DNA from: Saccostrea cucullata
Taxonomy: Eukaryota
DNA length: 64,000 nucleotides
Assembly: GCF_032062105.1 (NCBI RefSeq)
Contig: NW_026919509.1
Coordinates: 1-64,000 of the forward strand
Direction: 5' to 3'
Shown in pieces: positions 1 through 13,417 of the stretch. The first letter of the stretch is position 1. Every line of letters begins with the position of its first letter. Below the pieces are notes generated by a model. It was not told where the DNA came from. It was given only the letters and a program-made list of their open reading frames with translations, and did no database searches. Both the position numbers and the translations under genes were made by a program.

Positions 1-134
1 AAATGAAGGTCCTCACCAAAGATATGATTCAGTTTTCCAAAAGTCTTACAGCGAAGATTGCTGTAAATTGTGTTTTAATTTAGTTCCAGTACATCTGCTT
101 TATTTGTACTTCTAGCTCACTTGCAAATTCATAT

Positions 135-642
135 TACCGTGTACAGGGAATGTTTTTGGCTCCCACTTTTTTTGGCCCCATTTGCCCTTGTCACACGTGG
201 ATGAAGTTAAAGCAGGGCAAAAAAACGTTTCACAGCCTATGTACAATTCTCTGCCATGCTTAGATTTCATTAAGGTGTGGCATTCTCAATGCTACATAAT
301 TAGCATCACTCAAATGGGGAAAGAATAACATTAGAAAATTTAAATTGTTGTTAACAACGACGAGAGAACTTAAGCCCCACATCTTTGCTGTACAAAATGC
401 TATTATTGGATCCTTGGTAAATTCGTTGATATTCACCCAAATTTCTATCCCAAGTATATTTTAACAGTGAATGAAAGGTTGTGTATATTTCAGATGCTAA
501 TTTTGTAATGTTGAGAAGACCACGCCTTACTTAAAGTCCAAGGATAAGAGAGAATTGTACTATATCTTTGCCACAACTGAGTCTGGGCAAATTCAAAAAA
601 GACAAAAATAACAAACAGTGAAAATAACCCTGTTTATATGGT
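135..642. mobile_element. Degenerate MITE (TACCGT..ACAGGG / CCCTGT..ATGGT termini)
   Basis: Imperfect inverted termini 'taccgtgtacaggga' and 'ccctgtttatatggt'; non-coding interior. Confidence 0.45.
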
Positions 643-2223
643 GTAAATGTTATAAATGTATCAAGTCATACTTTAATACCTTTATAACCATCAGTTAACA
701 ATATTCATGTACAAATATGTGAATGTTAATTTCATTTTATGTGATTTTACGTTTATGTCTATGGATATTTTTTATCCATTTTAACTGTCCTGAGTCAAAG
801 GTTCAGTGAGAGAATCTTGTAAAGTTAATTCATTTTAAACATTGATAATTTGCTGCATGTTATATATGCAGCATATAAGGATGGAGAATACATGCATTTT
901 TAAAAATATCTGTGACTGCTAGATACTACACATTGAGAGAGTAAATCCTTCATCCATTTGCTCTATGAAAAAATAACTTTTTATTTATTTGACAAATTCT
1001 GCATTCTGTTGATGTATTAAAACTACACAGTTTTCTTTTTTTCAGTTAAATTATTTATACAGTAAAACACGGTTATAAAAGAGTGCTAGGGACTGATGGA
1101 CAATTTTGCTTCATTATAATTTGAAGTTGTTATATTCGATAAGTTTATATATAAGGAATTAAAATCATTTTGCTGTAAGCATCAATTCATTATAAGCATG
1201 TTTTTTTTCTATAATATTTTTGGTAATTTCTTGTTTTGCTTACCAGTAATGCTCATGGCATTACCAGTAATACATGTGATACCAATACAAATTTGCTGTG
1301 TGTACAATACAAATTTGTTGTGTGTCTATTTTCACAAATCTGTTACATGTATCCGACCAGACCACTTTGAAATGTTTTGTGTAATACGTGTATCTAGAAA
1401 TGTCTTCATTCAAGTAAAATACATGTGCAAAAGGGCTTTTTTTTTATTGGAAATAATTGTTTTTCTCACCTTTTCAGTTAAGCATATACATGTAACATGC
1501 ATCTGAAATGTATTGTGTCTTAATAGTTTTTAAGAGTGCTATTCATGGACACTCTAAACAAAAAAGTCAGTAATCATGTGTTCAAATGGCAAATTTTCAC
1601 AAACTCAAAAATATCTTCTTTTTTTTCATATTTAATAATTTTTAAATCAAAAACTTTAATATACATTCAACATAAGACATTGTTTCCCTATCAAACAATT
1701 TAAAATGGGAAGGAATATTTGTCCTATATTTTGTTTGTTGTTGTTTTTTTTTTATTTTGTATCAGTAAGAACATTGAGTTGGATTAAACAGCAAAACCGT
1801 TCTATGGATTAAAATTGCTTTGTTTATACACCTAGTTGCCTATTTTCTTTGATTTGTATCATTTAAGTATATCCGAGATACAGTGTGTATATGAAAAAAA
1901 GCATAAGACTGAATATCCTATTTGATTTTCTCACACAAGACTGGGGGTTCATGTATAAAGTTACAATCGGGCAGCATTTCAGTCTTTAGATTTTTTGTTA
2001 GATGCTTCAGATCATATTTTGCAATGTTCAAAGCCTGCTTTATATTTAAATTCCTATTTTTAATGGTATTTAGAGAAATAAATCTGAGGAAAAGTGAAGT
2101 CATGTGATTCTTCATGTATCATTTTTGTGTGTTTTAAGGTGCTGTATTGAAAAATCAAGGTTTTGTCAAGTTTGTGTGGAAATGGAATTATGTACTTTAA
2201 AGAATTGTTTTTCTATTTTTTTT

Positions 2224-2612
2224 TTTAGGTCACCTGAGTAACTCAGGTGACCTATTGCTATCCGTTTTCGTCCGTCGTCGTGCGTCGTGTGTTAACATTT
2301 GAACATTTTCAGCTTCTTCTCTGAAACCACTGAACCAATTTCAACCAAATTTGGTATACAGCATCTATGGCAGGAGGGGAACAAAAATTGTGAATTTCAT
2401 GGTCCCCGCCCCCCTGGGGCCTGAGGGGTGGGGCCAAAACCACTAAAATTAATGAAATCTTTAAAAATCTTCTTCTTTACTCCTGGACATCAAGCAGGCA
2501 AACTATTGGCATGAATGTAATGAGCATTGAGTCCTCTACCAAAATTGTGAAATTCATCGCCCCAGGGTCAGGGGTTCTAGTGCTAGGGCGGGGCTCTATA
2601 GATTATATAGTG

Positions 2613-2646
<34 letters not shown>

Positions 2647-2780
2647 GCTCCTGGGTATTAAATAGACTAACTAAGCACATAGTTATGATGAGCAAGAGTG
2701 CCTCTTCCAGAGTTGTGAATTTCATGGCCCCAGGGTCAGGGGTTCTGGTGTTAGGGCGGGGCTCTATAGATTATATAGTG

Positions 2781-2811
<31 letters not shown>

Positions 2812-2947
2812 CCTGCTCTTGGGTATTAAATACACTAACTAAGCACATAGTTATGATATGCAAGAGTGCCTCTCCAAAACTGTGAATTTTATGGCCCCAG
2901 GGTCAGGGGTTCTGGTGTTAGGGCGGGGCTCTATAGATTATATAGTG

Positions 2948-2981
<34 letters not shown>

Positions 2982-3115
2982 GCTCCTGGGTATTAAATAC
3001 ACTAACTAAGCACATAGTTATGATGAGCAAGAGTGCCTCTTCCAGATTTGTGAATTTCATGGCCCCAGGGTCAGGGGTTCTGGTGTTAGGGCGGGGCTCT
3101 ATAGATTATATAGTG

Positions 3116-3149
<34 letters not shown>

Positions 3150-3787
3150 GCTCCTGGTATTAGATTAACTAACTAAGCACATAGTTATGATGAGCAAGAG
3201 TGGCTCTTCCAAAATTGTGAATTTTATGGCCCCGCGGTCAGGGGTTCTGGTGTTAAGTCGGGGCTCTATTGATTATATAGTAAAAATACATTTATTCTTT
3301 GTAAATATTTTTCTTTGCTTCTGGGTTTTAAGCCAATGATCCAAGTATATATATATTTATGATGAAGAAAGGTGCATTTAGCAAAGTGGTTTTTAATGCC
3401 CCCAGGGTCAAAGGGGGGGAGGGGGTTACATAGCCTGAAAATAAATTAATGCTTTGAAATCTGCTCTTTGGTATTAATCAACCATTTTATGATAAAATTT
3501 GCAAAATTTTGAAATATATGGCCCTGGGTCAGTGGTTCCTTTTGGGTGAGGTGCACAACTGGTTATAAAGTGGAAGTGCATTTTCTCTTTGTTACTCTGA
3601 TCTACCTCTGGGTATTAAGTAAATAGAGTAAGCATGCTAAGTTAATAATTATGATAAGCAATGGTGCCTCTTTCAAAATTGTAAATTGTGAATTTCATGG
3701 CCTCTGGTTTAAACACAAACCAAATTTAATTGTTTGAAAGTTGTTACACAATACTCAGGTGACCTATAAAGCCCATGGGCCTCTTGT
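2224..3787 (+). mobile_element. Non-autonomous Helentron-associated element (HINE) with internal ~168-bp tandem array
   Basis: 5' 'tttaggtcacctgag..ctcaggtgacc' hairpin, then a GTC-rich microsatellite, then at least 5 monomers at 167-168 bp spacing (2593, 2761, 2928, 3096). The 3' end has subTIR 'ctcaggtgacc' and palindrome 'gcccatgggc' followed by 'ctcttgt'. Confidence 0.85.
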
Positions 3788-5959
3788 ATTGTTTTCTTGT
3801 GTAATAAAGTTGTCGATAAAAGAGTTGGTGAGCATATTTTCATTTTGATAACTCATGCTGTCGTATTATTATGGTTTATAAATACATTTGCGTGTAAAAG
3901 TCAAGATTTTTCTCAAATTTGTATACTAGAGTATTGAATCAAATTCAAAAAATACAGAAATAATTTATCTGGTTTTGTCAACATATGAAATTAATCAAAT
4001 TTTGTTTGAAATGACTTTATTTGTTGTCTTCTATGATGGAAAAATGTTGTTATTTCTTTATTTCACAGTAAATCATATGAGGCCTTTTTTCATTTTTATT
4101 TTTCACCAAAGTAACAAAAGTTAGTTTACCTGAAAGACATCAAAATTCAATGTCTTTAAGCAGGAAAGGGAGGGAGACTAAAGCCATGACTGTAGGCCCT
4201 TTAATTTAATGTTGCTTTAATCCTTTTACCTGGTACTCCCTCCTATCATTTGATAAATATGAATAAATAATGGTTTTACATGTATCTCTTCATTAGATTC
4301 CTCCGTATTATTTCATATCTCATGCCAATATTATTTCAGAAAATATGTAAAAGTATTTTTATAAAACTAAAAACTTCAGTTCTAAGAAGAGACTGTCTAC
4401 AGAAAATAACTAGATGCTGTCATGAGACAGTAATACCCGCACTAAGGTGTTTGCCTCTAAATGCACACTCCTCTAAAATTAGGCTTTACCAAAGAAAAAG
4501 TCAATATAATTTAATAATTTACATAATAGGGCCTCCAATTGTATTCATCAAATTGAGCATAATATTCTCAAGTGAACATGTGACCCATGGGCCTCGATCT
4601 TATAGGTACATGTATTTCATATTCATAATTCATTACCAGTCTGAAATTAAACAACAGAATTCAATTAATGATGTAAATTAGGTTTGAAACAAGGGGGGGG
4701 GGGTAAAATTTTTGGCCCATAATTGGAACTTTTTAAATCTATTTTCTCATATAGATCAACAACAAATATTATTCAAATTAGTTTAAAGCGTTTTTGATGA
4801 TTTTTTCCAAAATGTACAAACTTTTTTATACTTGATTAGGCAGAAACACCTTGAAAGCTGCCATATACCATGTATACCCAATCAATTTAGTCAACCCCCA
4901 CCCTTCTCCCATCAACACACACACACGCAAACACACCCTATTTTCCTGTTTCTGGAAATAGGCCTAGATGGCAAAGTTAAGATAAAACATCTTTTGTAAA
5001 TAATAATTTTAAATTTGTTCTTATACTGTAAATGTATCTGAAGACCTGCATCACATTGGGCTTGCGTCACGTACCTAACTTAAGTACTAGTTTTACCATT
5101 ATCATTTTTAGATAGCACTGCACGTGCAGTACTAGGCCTAGTGTTGTGTACACATCATTGCATGTATGTCAGTTGGAATTATTTTGTGTTTAATTGGATT
5201 ATATTTCATGAAGTTGGAGCTATGGCAGTCGGTAAGTACATGTTTTGGTATAGAGTTGGGTAAAATAGTCTGAAATGCAACTGGTTAGGTTAAAGTTTAA
5301 AGGATCAAAGGTCATCCGATGCTGCAATAAGACGAATTTCACATCCTACAGAGTTATCGCCCGTTATCGACGTTATATTCAGTTACAAAATACAGAATTT
5401 TTTTCTGAGAGGGAGGGGGGACTTCCAGACCAGAATTTCCTGAGAAGCAAATAAAAGGAGAAGTTATGGTGGTGTCTGTTTTCTAGGGTGGAGGGCATCC
5501 AAAGTCTTTTTTATATTATAGTCCTGCAAATTCGGGGGGGGGGGGTCTCAAGATACACTTCCAGTCCCTGTAAACAATGTGCAAATGATTATGTGACTCC
5601 TAATTAGTGGGAAACTTTTTCCATTTCACCATACATAATTTTGCGCTTTTTGTGTTATTATGGTAAGTAAATTTAATGGTATAAAGGTTTTGAACCCCCT
5701 GGAGGTCATCCCCACTCTCCTAATGATTCTAACTGGAAATGTTCACAATATGACTGCATTAAATGAAATAAAAGTGCATCAATGATAAGATTGCTTGACA
5801 TTTCATTCATCAACCTATCCTCCTAGAATTAGGAATGAAAATCATTCAAAGAGATGGACCACATTAAAGTATTTGTATATAGGCTATTAACATATTTTTT
5901 TTAAATGTAAAACAAGCAGTAGTTTGCATACTTGTCATGAATATAAACAGGGGTCTGGG

Positions 5960-6130
5960 ATGGGGTGAGGGGAAGGATCGAGTTCCTGTCTCTTAACGTC
6001 TTAATGGTTGAAAACTCCTAAAATGAATGTTGACCTCAAATCCGACTTGTCCTCATTATTTTTCAAGTGGGGGTGTCTCCATTTGAGTGAAAAATTCCTG
6101 AGAGGGATGTTTAACAACAAACAAACAATT
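5960..6130 (+). mobile_element. Probable SINE 3' fragment
   Basis: Ends 'tgagtgaaaaattcctgagagggatgtttaacaacaaacaaac', resembling the (CAAA)n-tailed SINE ends common in oysters; recognised from memory only. Confidence 0.4.
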
Positions 6131-6218
6131 AAATGACATAAAAACACAATATTGATTTGCGTTAAGAAATATGCAGGGGATTTTTTCCATCATAAATCTT
6201 CTTCTCAAGAACAGCAAG

Positions 6219-8418
6219 CTCCCTTACCAAAGTAAAATTATTGCAGCAATATTGCTGCTATATTGCGGCAACATTGCGGCAACACATTTTTGTCACCAGA
6301 AACAAGCTTTTTGGGTTAGTGAAATATCACCGCTAGCGGCAACAACTTCTGGTGACATTCCGGCAATACTGTGAGAAAAAATGAAATATCACCGCTAGCT
6401 GCAACAACTTCCGGTGACATTCTGGCAATACTGCCAGAAAAAACTTTCTGGCAACATCTAGGATTACCCATGAACCATTTGTTGAGCATGCTCAGTCATT
6501 TACTTCCTCTTTTTAAATAAAGTGGAGGGAATTCAAAGGCAAGCATGTTTTGCTTCATTACTGACTTGTATCAAGTTGATTAGAGTTGTTAATTGTGTAC
6601 AGTGGGATTAGTCAAGATGAGTAGTCATTTACTTCCTAAGAAGGGAATTCAAAGGCAAGCATTATGTGGACTAACTAGAAAAACAGAATTTAAGCAGAAT
6701 TATAGGAACAAACCCAGAAAAAAGAATTTGTATAGGAATGACTTTGTATACTCTAGCTGTTTCCATATCATCAGACTTGGTGAGTCAAAACCAATATTCT
6801 TTTTGAGATGTCAATGATTCAATGGAGATAAAAATTGGAAAAATTATATGTGTTTCAATTAGTGCTTGTGATGCATGCATACTAGACTTGTATGTCTATA
6901 TATCCTAGAGTAGCAGGAAAAGATGAATTAAAGCATGTTATTTGAAAATAAATGCAGAGTTGCTGGACATTTTCACAGTGGCATATTAATATTGTTTCTA
7001 TAAACATTTTTATACCTGTCTCGATAGATCGGGGGTACATATTGTTTTTGTCCTGTCTGTCTGTAAACTTGAACCTTCACCATTACTTTTGAACCAATGA
7101 GAGATAAAGATTTCATATTTGGTATGTCTACTCCACTAATTATGTTCTTTCAAATGACATCAAGGTCAATGACCTTGTGAACTTGACTGTGACCTATATG
7201 ATAAAAATAGCTTTTTTGAATATTCGTCATAACTTAAAATTAATGAAAGATAGAGACTTTATATTTAGTATGCATAATTCACTAATTAAGCTTTTTCAAA
7301 AAACACCTGAAGCTGAATGACCTTGAGACCTTGGCTGTGACCCACATCCTTAAAATAGATTTTTTGAATCTTGGACATAAATCTTGAGCAATAAAAGATA
7401 GAGAACTTGTATTATGTATACACCCTTCATTAATTAACCTCTTTCAAATAACACCAAGGTCAATGACCTTGGGACCTTGACTGTGACCATATACTTAAAA
7501 TAGATTTTTTGAAACTTCGACATAACTTTTGAGTCATAAAAGATGGAGAATTCAAATTTGATATGCACCCTTCACTAATTAAACTCTTTCAAGTAACACC
7601 AAGGTCAATGACAATTTGACCTTTACTGTGACCCCTATGCTAGAAATAGCCATTTTGATCCTCTGCCATAAATTTTGAACTATAAGAGATAGAGACTTCA
7701 TATTTCGTATGCATACTCCACTTCAATTAAGTTCTTTCAAATGACACCAAGATCAATGATCTTGTGACCTTGACTGTGACCCATATGCTATAAATAGCTT
7801 TTTCAAACTTTATTGCCACAAGGCGCACAGTGTTTCACAAACATATCTTGATTTTCATTATGATGATCAATATAATTTTCTATCTGTTCAAAGAATAGCA
7901 GAAGTAGCTATTTCTTATTGACCCTGTGGCTTGCTATTGTTTAAATTGTTATATTCCTCAGCACAGTTTGTTAATTGTTAGATTGATAGATCATTATTTC
8001 CATTAAATACCAATTGATATCTTAACTTACATACGAAAAACGATATAGCCGCAATATTGTGGCAATAATGCCGGAAGATGTTGGCAGAAGATCAATATTT
8101 TGGTCATGATTTGCAGCAATATTGCTGCAACCCCTTTCTGGCAATATTGCCGCAAAACTAATTAACATACGAAAAACGATATAGCCGCAATATTGCGGCA
8201 ATAATGCCGGAAGATGTTGCCAGAAGATCAATATTTGGGTCATGATTTGCAGCAATATTGCCGCAACCCCTTTCTGGCAATATTGCCGCAAAACTAATTT
8301 ACATACGAAAAACGATATAGCCGCAATATTGCGGCAATGTATTGCCAGAATGTTGCTGCAATATTGCGGCAATAAAATCAGAAGATGTTGCCAGAAGGTC
8401 AATATTTTGGTAACGGAG
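6219..8418. mobile_element. Non-autonomous DNA transposon, CACTA/EnSpm-like, with palindromic subterminal repeats
   Basis: TIR CTCC(C/G)TTACCAAA at both ends; many GCAATATTGC palindromes near both ends; 136-bp tandem units at 8031, 8167 and 8303. Absent at the homologous site of copy 2 (63250-63275). Confidence 0.7.
7008..7851 (+). mobile_element. HINE, ~146-bp-monomer family (diverged copy nested in the CACTA-like element)
   Basis: 5' 'ttttatacc..tcgatagatcgggg', (GTCT)n, 'caaggtcaatgaccttgtga' monomers, 3' 'gtgtttcacaaacatatcttg'. Confidence 0.8.
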
Positions 8419-9274
8419 GGCATTATTGTCCCCCGTTTTGGGGGAAAGGGAGGGAACATTAAATCTTATTTGTCTGTCAGTCTGGCCATCTTTGACAGTA
8501 TGTGCATCTGTCACAATAAATTTAACCTTGATCATAACTTTTGAATAATATGAGATAGGGCTTTCATATTTTACATGTACATTACCACAAAATTTTCTAA
8601 ATGTACTATGATTTTTTAACCCAAGTGAGACCTTGACCTCAAAATTTTACCTACTTTCCAAAAAATAACATTTTAAATTAATCATTTTGAAAGAGAAAAG
8701 ATATGGCATTTAAATTATACATGTATATTACATGTGAAAAGACTTTTCTAAATATATCATGACTTTTGACTTTCTGATCTTGACCTAGAAGTTTAACCTA
8801 CTTTTCAAAAATATTATATTATATATTTATATATTTATATATAACTTTTGATTGAAAAGAGATGGGTCTTTCATATTTGACATGTACTTTACCTGCAACA
8901 AAATATTTCGAGCATGCGATGATTTCCCCCCTTTGACCTAATTTTCATAAAGTGACATATGATAGGGATGCATATTTGATACACAATCTGCCATAAACTA
9001 TGGCATCCCATTCACTAAAACACAGAAAGCAAAGGACCACAATTCTTTGAATTTGCATGTATAATCTTGATATGGAAACATCCTCATATAATGTATATTC
9101 AAGTTTTTTATGCTACGCCATGATTAGGAATACATGTATTAGTTTTTGTCATGTCCGTCCTCCACCCTTCCATCTGTCTTTCCATCGAGCTCAAAGAAAT
9201 TACTTTCTAGATATTTTATCAAAGTTCATATGCTGATGCATATACTGATGTAAACTATCCAACTGTGGCAATAT

Positions 9275-10138
9275 TTTTTATGCGCCCGGATCGATAGATC
9301 CCGGGCATATATTGTTTTTGTCTGTCTGTTTGTCTGTTTGTCTGTTTATCTGTTTGTCTGTTGTCAACTTTAACCTTGGCCATAACTTTTGAACAATAAG
9401 AGATAGAGACTTCATATTTGGTATGCATACTCCACTATTAAAGTCCTTTCAAATGACATCAAGGTCAATGACCTTGTGACCTTGACTGTGACCTATATGC
9501 TAAAAATAGCTTTTTCGACTGTTTGTCATAACTTTTTAACCATAGGAGATAGGGACTTGATATTTGGTATGCATACTCCTCTAATAAAGCCCTTTCAGTT
9601 GACAACAAGGTCAATGATCTTGTGACCTTGACTGTGACCTATATGCTAAAAATAGCTTTTTACACTTTTTGCCATAACTTTTGAACCATAGGAGATAAGA
9701 ACCTCATAGTTGAGATGCTTACTTCACTGATTAAGTTCTTTCAAATGACACCATGGTCAATGACCTTGTGACCTTGACCGTGACCTAGATGCAAAAAATA
9801 GCTTTTTACACTTTTTGCCATAACTTTTTAACCATAGGAGATAGGAACTTCATATTTAGGATGCATACTCCACTGATTAAATTCTTTCAAATGACACCAT
9901 GGTCAATGACCTTGACTGTGACCTATATGCTAAAAATAGCTTTTTACACTTTTGGCCATAACTTTTAAACCATAGTAGATAGGGACTTCATATTTGGGAT
10001 GCATACTCCACTGATTAAGTTCTTTCAAATGACACCACGGTCAGTGACCTTGTGACCTTGACTGTGACCAATATGCTAAAAATAGATTTTGAACTTTGTT
10101 TCCGCCGGGCGCATAGTGTTTCACAAACACATCTTGTT
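9275..10138 (+). mobile_element. HINE, 146-bp-monomer family
   Basis: subTIRs ATGCGCCCGG / CCGGGCGCAT; monomers at 9455, 9601, 9747 and 9893 (146-bp period); 3' hairpin 'gtgtttcacaaacac' followed by 'atcttgtt'. Confidence 0.9.
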
Positions 10139-10948
10139 TACCTTTACTTTCCTTTGACCTTTACTTAACTTTTCTTAAAATTAGTGTTTAGCTTTATTTT
10201 AGAGAAACCATAATGATTCAAGTTGTGTAATGAAACTTCACATGATGATACATACTGATGTAAGCAATTAAAGCTTTACAATGCTTCACTCTTTTTTACC
10301 TTGACATTTCCTGTGATCTTGACCTCACTGTCTTAGACTAGATCAGTTTTGAATAAACAGTTCAAGATATATTAATCAAACTTCATATGCTAATACATAC
10401 TGATGAGATTATTGCATTAACTTATTTTGACCTTGAATTTTCTTTTGACCTTGACCTCACTTTTTAAAATATGTGTTTATCTAAGTTTCAAATAAACCAT
10501 TAATTATATTTTTATCAAAATTCATATGATAATAGTAAATTCACACTGATGTAAGCTTTTCAGCTAGAACAACATTTTGACCACAACCTTTCCTTTGACT
10601 TCTCTTTTCTTAAAACAAAGTGTTAAGCTCAGTTTCATTAAATCATTCAAGATATTTTTATCAAACATAATAAGCTAATATGTATTAGTGAGAGCTATTC
10701 AGCTGCATCAAAAACTTCATCTTGCACATTCCTGTGACCTTGACCTCCCTCCTCTTTAATATGTATTTTGCTTAGTTTTTAAGAAATAATTTAAGACATT
10801 TTTATGTTTAACATGCACTTATACATAATTTGATGAGAATTTATTATCTATATCCAATTTATTTATATTTTAGTTTCAATTCTGAAAAAAAAACTATTTA
10901 AGATATTTTCATCAAACTTTATACACAAATACAAATTTTAGTTTTTAG

Positions 10949-10994
<46 letters not shown>

Positions 10995-11049
10995 TATTTT
11001 GTCCGGCGTCTGTCTGTCTGTCTGTCTAGCTGTCTGTAAACTTTTCACC

Positions 11050-11081
<32 letters not shown>

Positions 11082-11097
11082 TTTCAACCAAACTTGC

Positions 11098-11138
<41 letters not shown>

Positions 11139-11961
11139 ATGAAGGGCCATGCCCTCATTCAAGGGGAGATAATTGGGAATTAATGAAAATTTGGTGGCAT
11201 GTTTTAAAAATCTTCTTCTCAAGAACCACTGTGCCAGGAAAGATGAAACTTATGGGTTAACATCCTCAGGTAGTGTAGATTCAAATTTGTTCAAATCATG
11301 ACCCCCGGGGGTAGGGCAGGGCCAAAATGGCCGACCAAAGTTTTATATAGAAATATATTGGAAAATTCTTTAATAATCTTCTTCTCAAGAACCACTGTGC
11401 CAGGAAAGATGAAACTTATGGAGTAACATCCTCAGATAGTGTAGATTCAAGTTTGTTCAAATCATGACCCCCGGGGGTAGGGCAGGGCCAAAATGGCTGA
11501 CCAAAGTTTTACATAGAAATACATAGGAAAATTCTTTAAAAATCTTCTTCTCAAGAATGACAAAGCCATAATTCATCAAATTTATATGGAAGCATCCTCA
11601 GGTAGTGAAGATTCAAGTTTGTTCAAATCATGACCCTGGGGGTAGGGCGGGGCCAAAAAGGCCGACCAAAGTTTTACATAGAAATTTATGGGAAAATTCC
11701 TTAAAAATCTTCTTCTCAAGAATGACAAATCCATAATTCATCATATTTATATGGAAGCATCTTCAGGTAGTGTAGATTCAAATTTATACAAATCATGACC
11801 CCAGTGGGTAGGGCGGGGCCAAAATGGCCGACCAAAGTTTTACATAGAAATATATGGGAAAATTCTTTGAAGAAAAGCAAATCCATGATTGATCATGGGA
11901 TTACTTTTGGATTTTAACTTTTCAATAATAAAGCAATTTCTACTTTTTCTTAGCTTCAGTA

Positions 11962-11996
<35 letters not shown>
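10949..11996 (+). mobile_element. HINE carrying Cg170-like 166-bp satellite monomers
   Basis: 5' 'ttttagctcacctgagccgaaggctcaagtgagc', (GTCT)n, monomers at 11211, 11377, 11543 and 11708, 3' 'ctcaggtgagcgatgtggcccatgggcctcttgtt'. Confidence 0.9.
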
Positions 11997-11998
<2 letters not shown>

Positions 11999-12439
11999 AT
12001 GTACCATTAGTAATACACATCTGTCCTATAGACATATTTCTAGTTTTTCAAATCATCACCTCAGGTTAGGGTCAGGCCACAATTAGGGATCAAAGTTTTA
12101 TTCAGGAATAAAAGGAAACACATCTTTAAAGTTCTTCTTTTCAGGAACACCAAGAGCATGATTAATATGGAAATATTCTCAAGAGGTGTAGATTCAAGTT
12201 TGTACAAATCATGACCACCAGGGTTAGGGAGGTGCCATATTTTTCCAGCCCCTTTTTGCCATCCATATGAAAATTCAAATTTTGAAACCATTTTACACAT
12301 ACACAAAACAAACCAATCATTTTCTAAATGATCATGGTTTAAAGCTATTGCAGCATAAGATATTAGGGAAGTTCTTGAAAGCAGGGTGATTAAACATGTC
12401 AAATATATGTAAAAAAAAAAATATATATATAAAAATTCT

Positions 12440-13314
12440 ACCTCGATTTGATCCCCATCCCCCCCACCCCCCGGGCAAAATGAAAATTCCGAAACCTTAC
12501 TGCACATCTACATGACACCACCAACCATCTCTTAAAAGATGATAAGGCTTCTGAGTAAAATGTAGAAGGAGTTCAGGGAAGAAGGGGCTTTTTGTATAAA
12601 AAACGTCATTTTTCGACCCCCATTTGATCCCCCGGGGCAAAATCAAAATTCCGAAACCTTACTGCACATCTACATGACACCACCAACCATCTCTCAAAAG
12701 ATGATTAGGCTGCTGAGTAAAATATAGAAGGAGTTCAGGGAAGAAGGGGCTTTTTGTATAAAAAACGTCATTTTTTGACCCCCATTTGATCCCCTGGGGC
12801 AAAATCAAAATTCCGAAACCTTACTGCACATCTACATGACACCACCAACCATCTCTCAAAAGATGATAAGGCTGCTGAGTAAAATGTAGAAGGAGTTCAG
12901 GGAAGAAGGGGCTTTTTGTATAAAAAACGTCATTTTTCGACCCCCATTTGATCCCCCGGGGCAAAATCAAAATTCCGAAACCTTACTGCACATCTACATG
13001 ACACCACCAACCATCTCTCAAAAGATGATTAGGCTGCTGAGTAAAATGTAGAAGGAGTTCAGGGAAGAAGGGGCTTTTTGTATAAAAAACGTCATTTTTC
13101 GACCCCCATTTGATCCCCCGGGGCAAAATCAAAATTCCGAAAACTTACTGCACATCTACATGACACCCCTAACCATCTCCCAAAGGATGATTAAGCTACT
13201 GTGAAAAATGTAGGAGGAGTTCAGGGAAGAAAAGTGTGACAGACGGACGGACGGACGGACGGACATGAGTAACAGCAATATACCCGAACTTTCTTTCGAA
13301 AGTGCGGGTATAAA
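12440..13314 (-). repeat. 162-bp tandem array (x5) plus (GGAC)n and 5' hairpin: head of the large composite element
   Basis: Near-identical monomers at 12489, 12651, 12813, 12975 and 13137; the same monomer reappears at ~63820-64000. Confidence 0.9.
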
Positions 13315-13417
13315 GAATAGGGAATTAGTGAAGGGTATCTTCGACTGTCTCAATCATTAGAACTTTATTATGTTAGTATGTACATAAAATATGTCCATAG
13401 TTTTTACTGTGTTATGT

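Larger units (their letters stand above)
4408..13314 (-). mobile_element. Large (~8.9 kb) composite non-autonomous Helentron/Helitron-like element, copy 1
   Basis: subTIR ATACCCGCACT at 4433-4443 is the inverse of AGTGCGGGTAT at 13301-13311. The 3' hairpin and CTAG lie at 4408-4430; the 5' hairpin, (GTCC)n and a 162-bp array lie at 12440-13314. The interior is collinear with copy 2 starting at 58808. Confidence 0.7.

Noticed and set aside
2511-3163. ORFs with a repeated 56-aa unit (FMAPGSGVLVLGRGSIDY..)
   Set aside because: Translation of the 168-bp tandem monomer of a HINE; no splice or protein-family support.
8022-8544. Overlapping Cys/Gln-rich ORFs on both strands
   Set aside because: Produced by the palindromic GCAATATTGC subterminal repeats of a DNA transposon.
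12440-13250. Regularly spaced repeats here and at 59950-61400 as possible CRISPR arrays
   Set aside because: Monomers are contiguous and near-identical with no unique spacers; there are no cas genes and the context is eukaryotic.
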